Shown here: one piece after another, positions 36,391-48,210 of the stretch
Numbering within the stretch: the stretch's first letter is position 1
How the letters are laid out: each line of letters begins with the position of its first letter
From: Eutreptiella sp. 'Long Island Sound 2002'
Lineage: Eukaryota; Protista; Euglenida
Reading direction: 5' to 3'
Assembly (NCBI GenBank): GCA_964036045.1
Contig: OZ038378.1
Span: 163,928,001-163,992,000, forward strand
DNA: 64,000 nt
Notes under the pieces: model-generated
Told to the model about the DNA's origin: nothing
The model's input: the letters and a program-made list of their open reading frames with translations, nothing else
Databases searched by the model: none
Program-made: the position numbers and the translations under genes

Positions 36391-39300
36391 AATACTGAGT
36401 GGGCCTGAGAAATGAGGAGGGAAGTATGATATCCTGTAGCAGGCACCCTCAAAGTGTATCACCATATCAATCAACCGAGAAAAAGAGTAGATGTGGTGGA
36501 AATGGGAAAAAGGTGTGTGCAAAAAAGTAGAAATGGGTGAAACAGGGTGAACATCCAAAAATGCCAGATCCCCAATGCAACAATGATGCCCAAAGTACCA
36601 CAAAGTATGGGTTTCTACTACGGCCAAACGCTCAAATAGTTGCACTGCGCGCGCACTGCACGCGCACTGCGCTTAAGGCGCCCCCTTAGCTGGCTTGTTG
36701 CCCACTGATCTCCTGCAGTCCATTGGGCAGGGGTACGATGCGCTGGGAAATTCTGCAGCTGACTTCTGGTGACAAATTCTGGACCAATTAGACAAAAACG
36801 TTGCGCGCTGGTGTGCTCCGTGCCAGAACGTGCTCACAAGTCACCACAAAGTGTTTGCATGGCACATGTTAGCACAGTGGGACCGTGGGGAATGCAAAGC
36901 GTGGTTCCTTTGGTTCTGATACTGCATGGTACCCTCATCCCATGCGACTGGCCCAGGCATAAGAGGCCTTGGGCTTGATCTTGTTTGGAAAAAAAATGGC
37001 AGGAGCGGTGCTGTTGCGTACATTGTGATTTGCCATGCAGGCATTCAGGAGAAAATGAAATTCTTGCAGCAATGTCCACTTAGAATAGAGCTGGCTGCCA
37101 TCTTTGGAGAAAAAGGTTCTCTGGGGCCAGCTATGCGCTAAATGAAATCAGCCGCCAAACTGATACGGTATCAAGGATCTAGCATGATAACCGCATCCTG
37201 GTGATACCATACAATATTTGATGCTAAATACTACTCTATCAAACGGAGGTGCACGTGCCAACACAGGCAGGTGCGGTGCTAATTCTGCTCACAAAAACTG
37301 TGGCTATCAATGTCGTTACGCTCGTGTACTTTCGGTGGTTGTGCATGCTTGTGCACGCCCTAACCCTGGAAGCTACGCACCCTTGTGCACACTTGGGACT
37401 GACAACGCAGCAGCAGGGGCAGCAGTGACTGCAGTGAAAGCCAATCACCTTCTCAAGGGGCTGTCCTTATATGATAGTTGGCGCTGGTGCGAGTATAACC
37501 AGTGGCCCAAATGGCCAAAAGGCCCAACCCCCAAAACCAAAACCGGGTGCTGACAGAAGTAGCTATTGCTATTGCTGCCGCAACCGCTCCACCCTGACAA
37601 CGCTACTCTACGCAAAGGAGGTGCATCTGCCCACTATGCAGGCATGCAGGCAGGTGCAAATTCTGGTTATAAGAACTGTGGCTCGAAACGTCGTTGGGCA
37701 CGCGTACTTTCTGTGGTTGTGCATGCTTGTGCACGCCTAACCCTGGAAGCTACGTGCACACTTGGGACTGACAACACGGCAGCAGGGGCAGGAGGTCACT
37801 GTGGTGAAAGCCACACACTTTCTCCAGGGGTTCTTCTCATACAATCGCAGGTGCGGGTGGAATTTTTGTTGAAGCGCAACGTGTGCTTCAGCCCCCCTGC
37901 CATCCTGCATTGGGTAAATTCATTTGCTGACCAACGTGTGGACATGCCTCAGATAAGGGCCCAAGTCTCTACTCCTGGATGACAGGGCTACCACAGTGCC
38001 CTGTGGTCCAGGCAACTTCTTCGTACTATGCTTGCTGCCAGAATATGTCAAGCTGCCACTGCACGCTCGCCTCGAAATTAAGATCAATCGTATACCACAT
38101 TGATATGGCGCGAACATATGATGTTCGTTGGACAAAGGCGTGCATTGGACTTCAGAAACTGTGCCACATATGACCTCCTTTCCATAAAATCATGGCTAAC
38201 CACAGAAGCCATCCAAAACTTAGGGTCTTAGACTCATACTCGGAGTATTCCTGAGATGAGCCAAAGCTCATCACCGGTGGCCTTGGCCACTGGTCGCTCA
38301 CGTAACATGGATTGTTCTGAATATTGTTTGCTGTTGTAGGCAACATCTCAGTGCCAAAAAAAGGCTGCGCGCGACGCAGCCTGTGACTCGTGTGCATGCA
38401 TGCATTAGTATGTCGACAGAATTCGATGTATAGAGCAGGTACAAGCAGTTAGGCGTACTGTCAATTTGTCAATCAAACAGCGAGACATTGCGCTGTGACC
38501 TACAGTTGTGCATGGATGCATTCAACGCGCATGCATGGACAGCAGACACATTGACCCGATACGCCCCTGGTCACGCTACAGACGGCCATGTGGCACACGA
38601 TATGCTTCGGTCTGTACACCTATCTACTTTGTGTTTGCAAATGCTACCGAAAAAATCGGGGAAAGCAGAATGAAACTGCGAAGCAAGCCTCCCACGCTCC
38701 CATCAGATCAACCACGGAAGCGCACATTCGCGTACGTCGACTCCAATCGACGTGGCTGGTCTGAGAAGGGCTGACAGCATTGGGCAGCCCAGGCGCCTCC
38801 CGAATTCATTCCTTAGGGCAAACCACTCAGAGGCGGGGACCTGGGTGTGCCGCAGTTCTGCAAGTGTCAGCAAAATATTATCTACATGATCAGATTTCAA
38901 CAACTGTGCGGGCGGCAAACAACGAGCAGACGTATCGATACACTTGCTCTTGAGGCATATACCATTGCACCCCTTGGGGTGGAGATGGACATCGATTCCA
39001 GGACTACAGAAAGCCAGCCAAACAGTTTAGTGTGTGGAGTGTGCGGTGCCGTGTCGTTTGGAGCCGAAAATAGGTCGTTCAGCAGTAAAATCAAGAGCTT
39101 TTACTGGAGGAGGAGGACGAGGAGGAGCAGCAGCAGCAGCAGCAGTGCATGGTGGTGCATGACATTGGCTGCCGGTTTTTTTGTAGAATGTGTGACGCCA
39201 TGTGCCACACTCTGCGCGCTGCGTGCGGCGCTCTGCGCGGCAAGGTGCTGCTCCGCACGTGCACGTGGTGGTCAGCACCGTGCGGTCAGAGACATGGACT

Positions 39301-40974
39301 GCTTGGCGGGTCTGGCAATGGAACCAGGTCATTGTCAGAAACCCCCAACCCAGGATCGCTTTGGTATATAAGTGTTACACTGCACAGACATACCTTACCC
39401 CCCCCCTTGTAATCTGTCCCCCAATGTCGTGACGGTTCCCCCCCTGGGGGGGGGGGGGGGGGCGAATTGCACCACCAAACCGTAACACTTCAAAACTGCA
39501 GCTGTGCATGCACAACACCGGTAGTGTGAATCACATTGAACCATGATGTTACTTCTGTGCGCGTGCCCCCTCCACAGGCACTGTGTGAAACTTCTTTTTC
39601 CGACTCCAAACAACCTTGAACTCCTGGACATGCTCAGTGGGCAATTCAGGTTTAGGCTGAGGATTGGAAGACGAGGTAGGCTGTGCAGCTCGGTTTCCAG
39701 CTCTTTTGGCAGCTGGTTTGGCTGGCTGGGACTTGACAAAGAAATGTCAAAGTGGCGTTCCCCCCCCGGGGGGAGGGATTTGCGTCTCCAACCTCCTCCC
39801 TGCAAAGCCAAAACTGCCAGCACTGCTGTCACTGATCTGTAATGTCTCCGGTCAGTCCATGTACAACTCTACCCATACCAAATAAATACAAACAGTCCTG
39901 AGCCGGAATGCAAAACAGATGTTTTTGGCAAAAAATTGGATTTCAATGGGGGGGTAAGGTAATAGGGGTGCGGACGGGAACGAGCCGTCCACCAGCTGCC
40001 TTCAGAAGCAGGGGTGACATACAATTGGTGTCTTTCCGCATATTAGCTCCATTTGAGCCATTCAGTCAGTCAGTCAGTCAGTCAGTCACTCATTCACTCA
40101 CTCAGTCACTCATTCGCGGACCCACTCACTCTCCTTGCGGTCCTCCGTTGGGAACGGGGGGGGGGGGGGGGGCGGCATCCTGAAAAAGCGCCCCATCCCC
40201 CCAGCCCCCGCCCCCGCCCCTTTGGATGCACTTCATTACAGGTCTCTTTGGCGTGCAACGCATGTGGGGCGGACCGATTTCGTTACGTTCTTTGGTGCTT
40301 TGCGTTCCCATTGCCAACAACTGCAGGTCAATTCCGGAGAGGCATCCAACAGCGGAACCAAAACCTACAAAACATGCCGGCGTGGGTGGCATGTCCACTG
40401 CGTCCATGTGGATTAGCCATGGGCGCCCACACCCGGAATGACAAGGGATTCAAAAGAGCAAAAGACATCCGGAACTGAAAACTTAAAGCTGTCCTCAGTA
40501 AAAGAAATCACTGGCCAGACCATCGCATTGCCCAGAACCTCAGCTCACCAAAATCTGCAAAACAATCATTGAAGAACGTTCCTGCAACTTACTGAGCCCT
40601 TTATCCACGACATGTGCAGTTGAACCCCTCCCCAAACCCAGTGGCCAACATTGGAACCAGGAAGATCGAAGTATTCAGCCTGCGCCCAGATTCAAGGATG
40701 GCATGCTCCGTCAGGTGGTCTCCCCTTCCCACAGCTGTCAGCCCAAAGCCTGACGTTTCATGGAGAACTCCGTTGTAAAGAATACCTCTGGCAGCGCAAT
40801 GGACTTATGGAGCCAGTGGCGGTGTTGCCATTACCCCGGGATTGCGCGAGGCAATGCACACAGACACCAGCACAACGGTACAGAGGCACAGGCATATACA
40901 ATGCCACCAGCAGTGGCCAAGACAGCAGCAGTGGTTGCAGGGGGGCTAGGCACAACTGTGTGTTTGGCCGTACT

Positions 40975-41355
40975 CTACCGGGCCTTCCGCGATGCCTCCA
41001 GCTCTTTCGCCAGTTGGTCAACAAATGCGTCGGCTTCACGCTGAAGCTGGCGTTGGTGCTGTCGCCTCATCGTCCTCATCTGCAGCCGCATCGTGGCGAT
41101 GTCATGCTCAAGCTGCTGATTGGCCTCCTGGAGGCGCAGGGCTTCGAGCTCAAGATCGTTCACGGTGTTCTTCCGACGTCGCCGGCCCTTCTTCTTTGGG
41201 ACCTGTTGCCCGGATGCTGCCACGCAGGTGTCTTCTTTCAATTGAACAGGACTGTCCTCGAAAGTCTTGGAAGACGACCGCAGAGGGAACTCGCTGGAGA
41301 TATTCCTCAGCAACATGTCTGTTGTGCCGCGAGCAGAGGTTCGCACAGCATGCAT
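40975..41355 (-). CDS. bZIP-like ORF, copy 2
   Basis: Same translation as copy 1; frame intact. Confidence 0.5.
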   Translation of the reverse strand: MHAVRTSARGTTDMLLRNISSEFPLRSSSKTFEDSPVQLKEDTCVAASGQQVPKKKGRRRRKNTVNDLELEALRLQEANQQLEHDIATMRLQMRTMRRQHQRQLQREADAFVDQLAKELEASRKAR

Positions 41356-41789
41356 CGGCTGAAGAACATGGGAGAACGGGATGAGGCCGTCATCGTGAGG
41401 GAAATCAGGCACACAATGCAACACAGACAGCACCAAACTGCAGCCGCCTGAAACTGAAAAAAACGGCCGAAAATAAGAAAAATGCAGCCACCCGAAACTG
41501 GCAAAAACGGCCGAAAATAATACAAATGCAGCCGCCCAAAAAATTGTCAGAACAGCCAAAAATGATAAAAATGCAGCCGCCTAAAAAATGGCCCAAACGG
41601 CCGAAAACAATAAAGATGCAGCCACGCGAAAAAAAGCCAAAACGGCCCCCCATCAGCCCTACCAGAACCCCCCTCCCAAGCCCCCCCCCCCCCCCCCCCA
41701 AGGGGGCCTCCGGCCAATGGTTAGTGGGGGAGCAATGGTCGGTTCTGATAGACTGAATGTCCCCGCCATAGACACTTTCAGCCATTAGT

Positions 41790-44476
41790 CCAAAGGTTCA
41801 CGTATTGATCACAGCACACAATGTGTCCCCTTCTTGGTTGGGGTGCTCCACTATCTATGTACACCTTTCCGTATGAAGTACAGTGGGCAAATGTTGAACA
41901 TCTACGTGTTTGGTACATTAGGGCGTCCGTTCATTAGTTAGCGTCACCCACCAACGGCAGGCTCTATGCTATTGCATGCTCTCCATTCTCGGGTGCAATG
42001 CATGGCACTCATTCGGCCTTCCCGTGCATGGAGGCTATTCAGCTTCAAAGGGAAGGTATTACATACAACTGTCATCAGAGGAGCTCTACTCTGAAATTGG
42101 TGGCGACCAATCGCCCTGCAAAACTTCTGGATCAAGCCGTAGGGGGAGATCCTCGAAAACGTGATCGGCTTTCTTCATTGGCGATGATTGTTCATGTGTA
42201 AAAAGCAGTGTTCGTGAAACTGAGCTCGTGTTTGCGTCGGGTGAACGCCTCCGCCTTTTGGGTGGTGGGGGGGGGGGTCACCTGTGATGTGGTATCGTGT
42301 GCTGGCGTCTGCAGAATTGGGCACAGTGGGTGGGAAACCTTCCATGATCCGCCATGCGTCCAGGTTCATTATTTCCAATGACTTTCACATGTGAGGGCAC
42401 TTTGACAAACTTGATCGACCGCAGGTGGATTCGGAGTGTTTCGAGGAGAATCTCCTAGAGAGGTGCATTTGACACGGGTCCTTTGCTCCCTACCCACATG
42501 TGTGCAGCTCCTGTTGCTCCCAGAATTATATACTCACTATCTGTGCCAAAAGCAATCTTCCCACAAGTAAAAATTTGCAGTGCACGGATGGTCACCAAAA
42601 GCTCAGTAGCATTGTTCGTCCGTGGAAAATTTACAAGGACATAAGCCACAATGCTGATATCCGGGTGTGCATAGATGCCATAACCCGCCATCCTACCAAC
42701 ACCATCCATTTCTGTTGATGAACCATCTGGAAAGACCAGGGTATATCCGTCCAACCGCAGTGAATCAAAATTTCCCTCTAGCTCCACCGCCGCTGGTGTT
42801 TGCGCTATTGACGCGTTGTTTCTTTAAGTTTTGCTTTGCTGGGTGGGAGGGGGGGTCATCTTGAGGTATGGGTGCTGCAAGACACCGTCTTGTAATGATG
42901 CTTGCAGTGCATTGCTGAAAAGCTTTAATTCTTGCTTATAGATAGGGATGCGCTCAAGGGTAGTAGACCACAGTTGGAGCGTGTTAATCCACAAAGATAC
43001 AAAATGGGACCAATTGGCAGCATATTGGGGCTGATGATGTTTCTTCCGCCCGATGAGCCAGTTAGCGTACACTGCTGCGCACGTGAGAAAACTGCTGGGC
43101 TCGCAAAAGATTCCGGTAACAATGCTGTGAGAAGAGTTGGTGGGAGCTCTGCTTCCGCTACTGCAGGCATACACTTTCAAATTGTGTCGAAGGCTACTCT
43201 AAGCAAAGAACACTGCGTTGAAGCATGATCCATAGTCTCCAATTCCCAGTCTATGGGACACCAGACATCGTCTAGTTTCCATTTTTTTGGTGTTCCCTAT
43301 CGAAAGGCGGCACCACACTACGTGTCTGATAAAATCAGCATGATAAGATGGCACACCGAAAAGGTTGAACCTTCCACACTTCTTGTGTCTGTCTCCGAGG
43401 CAGTGAATTGGGGGAGCAGCGGAAAAGTGCCATCTGTTTAACCGTCCAACGTGACCAAACATCTGCTGATGGGATGGGGGCCATGAGGCAACGGATATTG
43501 GGCTCGCATACGCCCCCATGTCACAGGCGCATGGTCATCACCACTCAGTTCAATGTTTTGCCTTGCTACACTGCAGCGCCAACCAGTTCGGTGCCCCTCC
43601 GGGTGGCTTTTGAATGTGCTTTGCACCCACCACCCTCCCACAGTGCCGGTTAGTCTCTGTCCCTTCGCTCTGCGGGTCTCTCTCTCTCCGACCTTTCACT
43701 CTGCGGGCCTCTCTCTCTCTGTGTTTCGTTCTCTTCACCCTCCCAAGGGGGTTTGTCCTTCTCCTTACCCTCCCAAGGGGGTTTCTCTTCCTCTTCGCCC
43801 TCCCCACGGGTTTCTCTCTGTCCCTCTCTTCCCTGTGTCTCTACCTCGTCTTACCCCCCCCTCTGCTTGCCGGTTCAACTCAGGCATATCGCCGTTCGCA
43901 TGGCGGCGTGCTCAGCAACGTGTAAAGGAACCTCACAGTGTCCCCTGTGACCGGGTTTGCCTGCCTGAAGAGTGTTTTCTGAAACAGACTTATCAGATCA
44001 GCTCGGCCCGTCAACCACACGTGCGGGCAGTCTCCATTCCTACTCACTGAGGATGGCACCGCCCCGTGGCCCTCTGCCGTTGGGCAATGGATGATCGCCT
44101 CCCATTGGAACAGGTGCCACTTGCCAGCACTCCTGGGCCGCCACTCAATCTGCATATTTGTCAGGGCCCGAGTCTTCAGAGTCCAGTTGATTTGGACCAT
44201 CACCGAGTAGAGTTCCTGGTCGTTCATCGGCAATGGTACCCCGTGATTGTCCACAATTTCACAGTGCATCCTTGTGCTGTGAGGTTGATCCAGTCGAAGC
44301 CAAATTTGCTGGTCCTGTGCCCAGGCCATAGTGTCCAGCTCCGAGGTGATAATCCTCAACCCTTCCTCCGCTATGGCGTCTAGCTGGTTCAGTGCTTGTA
44401 CTTTGAGATGCTGACGTGCTTGCTGGGGCTTGATTTTCTTGGAAGCCAGGTTGACTTGACACGAACCAACCGACAA
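41790..44476 (-). mobile_element. LINE-A remnant, copy 2: ORF1-like region, deleted ORF2 with zf-RVT-like motif then RNase H
   Basis: ORF1-like 44476-~43640 with a KPPWEG-repeat tail; WCPIDWELETMDHASTQC at 43210-43263; RNase H downstream. Outer boundaries approximate. Confidence 0.7.
42340..42787 (-). pseudogene. RNase H domain of LINE-A (copy 2), with a premature TAG
   Basis: LVFPDGSS...TNNATELL...GTDSEY...VSNAPL*EILL...IKFVKVPSHVKVIGNNE. Confidence 0.85.
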
Positions 44477-44849
44477 ATCACACTTTTCAGAGCCGCGAGC
44501 GTCACTTGAAGAATGAAGTCAGTTTCATTAGCTTTTTTGTATTGGAAACACTAGCAGAGCATGGGCCACATCTGCAGAAGCATCTGCATTAGCTCCATCA
44601 GCCCCTGTTACACGGGAAAATCACAGGTGGCATGAACCCGCCCAAAATGAGTAGCCCCTGCCCACCCCAAAATTAGCACCCCCCCGAAATTAGTACCCCC
44701 CCAGCCTTATTGAGCATTCTGCCGAAGTTAGTACCCTAGGGTGCTAAATTTTTTTTGGCGGGGGCTTAATTCACAAGAGTGGGCCACGACAGCACACTAG
44801 GAGCTACCCCCCCATTCAGTGTCCACTAGCAAGTATGAGGTAATACCAT

Positions 44850-45570
44850 GGCTCATCCTCAACACCTTGCATGACCCTATGGATGCAACGCTTTGCAAAA
44901 ACAGGGGGAGGGGGGGCGGTTGCCTGGGCATATGAGGGCAAAGCAAGCCCTGTGCCTAGCCTTGCTAGTGCACCAACATACGGATGGCGCCATGCTGCGT
45001 CGATTGGACATTGTAAAGAATACCCTAGTATGCTACACCCTTGCTTCCTCAGGGCTCTGCGTCTTTTGGGTGCCCACCACCACATCCACTCCCTGGTGCC
45101 CGCCACCTACCAAGGTGGCATTGGGGCCCAAGGCGATGTCAGATTTCCCTTACAGCAAGGCATCAAAGAGGGATGCCTGCGGTCGCCACCAATGTTCGTA
45201 CTTGTGCACCAGGCGTTTCACGCCACTCTGGCACACCAATTCGCTAACAATACCACCTTGGTGGATGTCGATGACGCTGCCATCATAACGTCCAAGTAGT
45301 GGGTCTGGAAACATGTCCAACAGTTATTGGTGGTGTCAGGCCTTCACACCAACTGCTCCAAGAGGCAAATCTGTCGCTGGGCCCCCGCTACCTCAACGTC
45401 TTGGCCCGGCCCGGTGTGCAGAGCCACACTTTGACACCCTACATTGGCCTACCCCCATCTGCAAGGAAACCCGTGGCAAAAGATACAAGCCAGAGCCATG
45501 CAGCAGCACGCAGTGCACAGGCAGTGCAAACATATTTGCATCTGTCATCACTAGTGGCTTTCATAGCCAC
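44850..45570 (+). pseudogene. Decayed non-LTR RT (LINE-B head, copy 3)
   Basis: ORF 44871-45299 has the same RT motifs. Confidence 0.8.
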
Positions 45571-48210
45571 AATATGACAATGATATGGAGGGGACCTTGA
45601 GGGGGACCTTCCCGGTTCTTGTGGCAGTGGTGAAGGACCAGGGGCCTTTGGGGGGGGACTTGACTGTGTATTGGGCGGCGGAGATGGAGGGCAGTCAGGT
45701 GGCGAGTCTGAACTTGGGATGGCAAAGGAGATGGACTCCATCTTGCATCGCCAATTCACCACTCTCAACCCATCTTGGTAGTATTCCAAGTGGAGGAGTC
45801 CATCTTCAGCCGTCCCAACCACCGTGGCAGGAGGTCGCAGGCCATTGGAGCGGGTGTAGAGCACCCTATCCCCAATACTGAGTGGGCCTGAGAAATGAGG
45901 AGGGAAGTATGATATCCTGTAGCAGGCACCCTCAAAGTGTATCACCATATCAATCAACCGAGAAAAAGAGTAGATGTGGTGGAAATGGGAAAAAGGTGTG
46001 TGCAAAAAAGTAGAAATGGGTGAAACAGGGTGAACATCCAAAAATGCCAGATCCCCAATGCAACAATGATGCCCAAAGTACCACAAAGTATGGGTTTCTA
46101 CTACGGCCAAACGCTCAAATAGTTGCACTGCGCGCGCACTGCACGCGCACTGCGCTTAAGGCGCCCCCTTAGCTGGCTTGTTGCCCACTGATCTCCTGCA
46201 GTCCATTGGGCAGGGGTACGATGCGCTGGGAAATTCTGCAGCTGACTTCTGGTGACAAATTCTGGACCAATTAGACAAAAACGTTGCGCGCTGGTGTGCT
46301 CCGTGCCAGAACGTGCTCACAAGTCACCACAAAGTGTTTGCATGGCACATGTTAGCACAGTGGGAATGCAAAGCGTGGTTCCTTTGGTTCTGATACTGCA
46401 TGGTACCCTCATCCCATGCGACTGGCCCAGGCATAAGAGGCCTTGGGCTTGATCTTGTTTGGAAAAAAAATGGCCGGAGCGGTGCTGTTGCGTACATTGT
46501 GATTTGCCAAGCAGGCATTCAGGAGAAAATGAAATTCTTGCAGCAATGTCCACTTAGAATAGAGCTGGCTGCCATCTTTGGAGAAAAAGGTTCTCTGGGG
46601 CCAGCTATGCGCTAAATGAAATCAGCCGCCAAACTGATACGGTGTCAAAGATCTAGCCAGCTAACCGCATCCTGGTGATACCATACAATATTTGATGCTA
46701 AATACTACTCTATCAAACGGAGGTGCACGTGCCAACACAGGCAGGTGCGGTGCTAATTCTGCTCACAAAAACTGTGGCTATCAACGTCGTTACGCTCGCG
46801 TACTTTCGGTGGTTGTGCATGCTTGTGCACGCCCTAACCCTGGAAGCTACGCACCCTTGTGCACACTTGGGACTGACAACGCAGCAGCAGGGGCAGCAGT
46901 GACTGCAGTGAAAGCCAATCACCTTCTCAAGGGGCTGTCCTTATATGATAGTTGGCGCTGGTGCGAGTATAACCAGTGGCCCAAATGGCCAAAAGGCCCA
47001 ACCCCCAAAACCAAAACCGGGTGCTGACAGAAGTAGCTATTGCTATTGCTGCCGCAACCACTCCACCCTGACAACGCTACTCTACGCAAAGGAGGTGCAT
47101 CTGCCCACTATGCAGGCATGCAGGCAGGTGCAAATTCTGGTTATAAGAACTGTGGCTCGAAACGTCGTTGGGCACGCGTACTTTCTGTGGTTGTGCATGC
47201 TTGTGCACGCCTAACCCTGGAAGCTACGTGCACACTTGGGACTGACAACACGGCAGCAGGGGCAGGAGGTCACTGTGGTGAAAGCCACACACTTTCTCCA
47301 GGGGTTCTTCTCATACAATCGCAGGTGCGGGTGGAATTTTTGTTGAAGCGCAACGTGTGCTTCAGCCCCCCTGCCATCCTGCATTGGGTAAATTCATTTG
47401 CTGACCAACGTGTGGACATGCCTCAGATAAGGGCCCAAGTCTCTACTCCTGGATGACAGGGCTACCACAGTGCCCTGTGGTCCAGGCAACTTCTTCGTAC
47501 TATGCTTGCTGCCAGAATATGTCAAGCTGCCACTGCACGCTCGCCTCGAAATTAAAATCAATCGTATACCACATTGATATGGCGCGAACATATGATGTTC
47601 GTTGGACAAAGGCGTGCATTGGACTTCAGAAACTGTGCCACATATGACCTCCTTTCCATAAAATCATGGCTATCCACAGAAGCCACCCAAAACTTAGGGT
47701 CTTAGACTCATACTCGGAGTATTCCTGAGATGAGCCAAAGCTCATCACCGGTGGCCTTGGCCACTGGTCGCTCACGTAACATGGATTGTTCTGAATATTG
47801 TTTGCTGTTGTAGGCAACACCTCAGTGCCAAAAAAAGGCTGCGCGCGACGCAGCCTGTGACTCGTGTGCATGCATGCATTAGTATGTCGACAGACTTCGA
47901 TGTATAGAGCAGGTACAAGCAGTTAGGCGTACTGTCAATTTGTCAATCAAACAGCGAGACATTGCGCTGTGACCTACAGGTGTGCATGGATGCATTCAAC
48001 GCGCATGCATGGACAGCAGACACATTGACCCGATACGCCCCTGGTCACGCCACAGACGGCCATGTGGCACACGATATGCTTCGGTCTGTACACGCATCTA
48101 CTTTGTGTTTGCAAATGCTACCGAAAAAATCGGGGAAAGCAGGATGAAACTGCGGAGCAAGGCTCCCATGCTCCAATCAAATCAACCACGGAAGCGCAGA
48201 TTCGCGTATG
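45424..48210 (+). repeat. T unit T1'' (short form with an extra 5' deletion)
   Basis: CACAATATGACA is joined to TGGAGGGGACC at ~45580, removing the left end of the nested TIR element. Confidence 0.88.

Larger units (their letters stand above)
33085..38736 (+). repeat. T unit T2' (short form, interrupted by LINE-C)
   Basis: T sequence resumes at 35479 after the TSD. Confidence 0.9.
27608..44458. repeat. Higher-order tandem super-unit S2 (~16.9 kb): head + T1',T2'(+LINE) + X'
   Basis: Near-identical to the S1 modules; carries the private LINE at 33260-35478. Confidence 0.92.
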
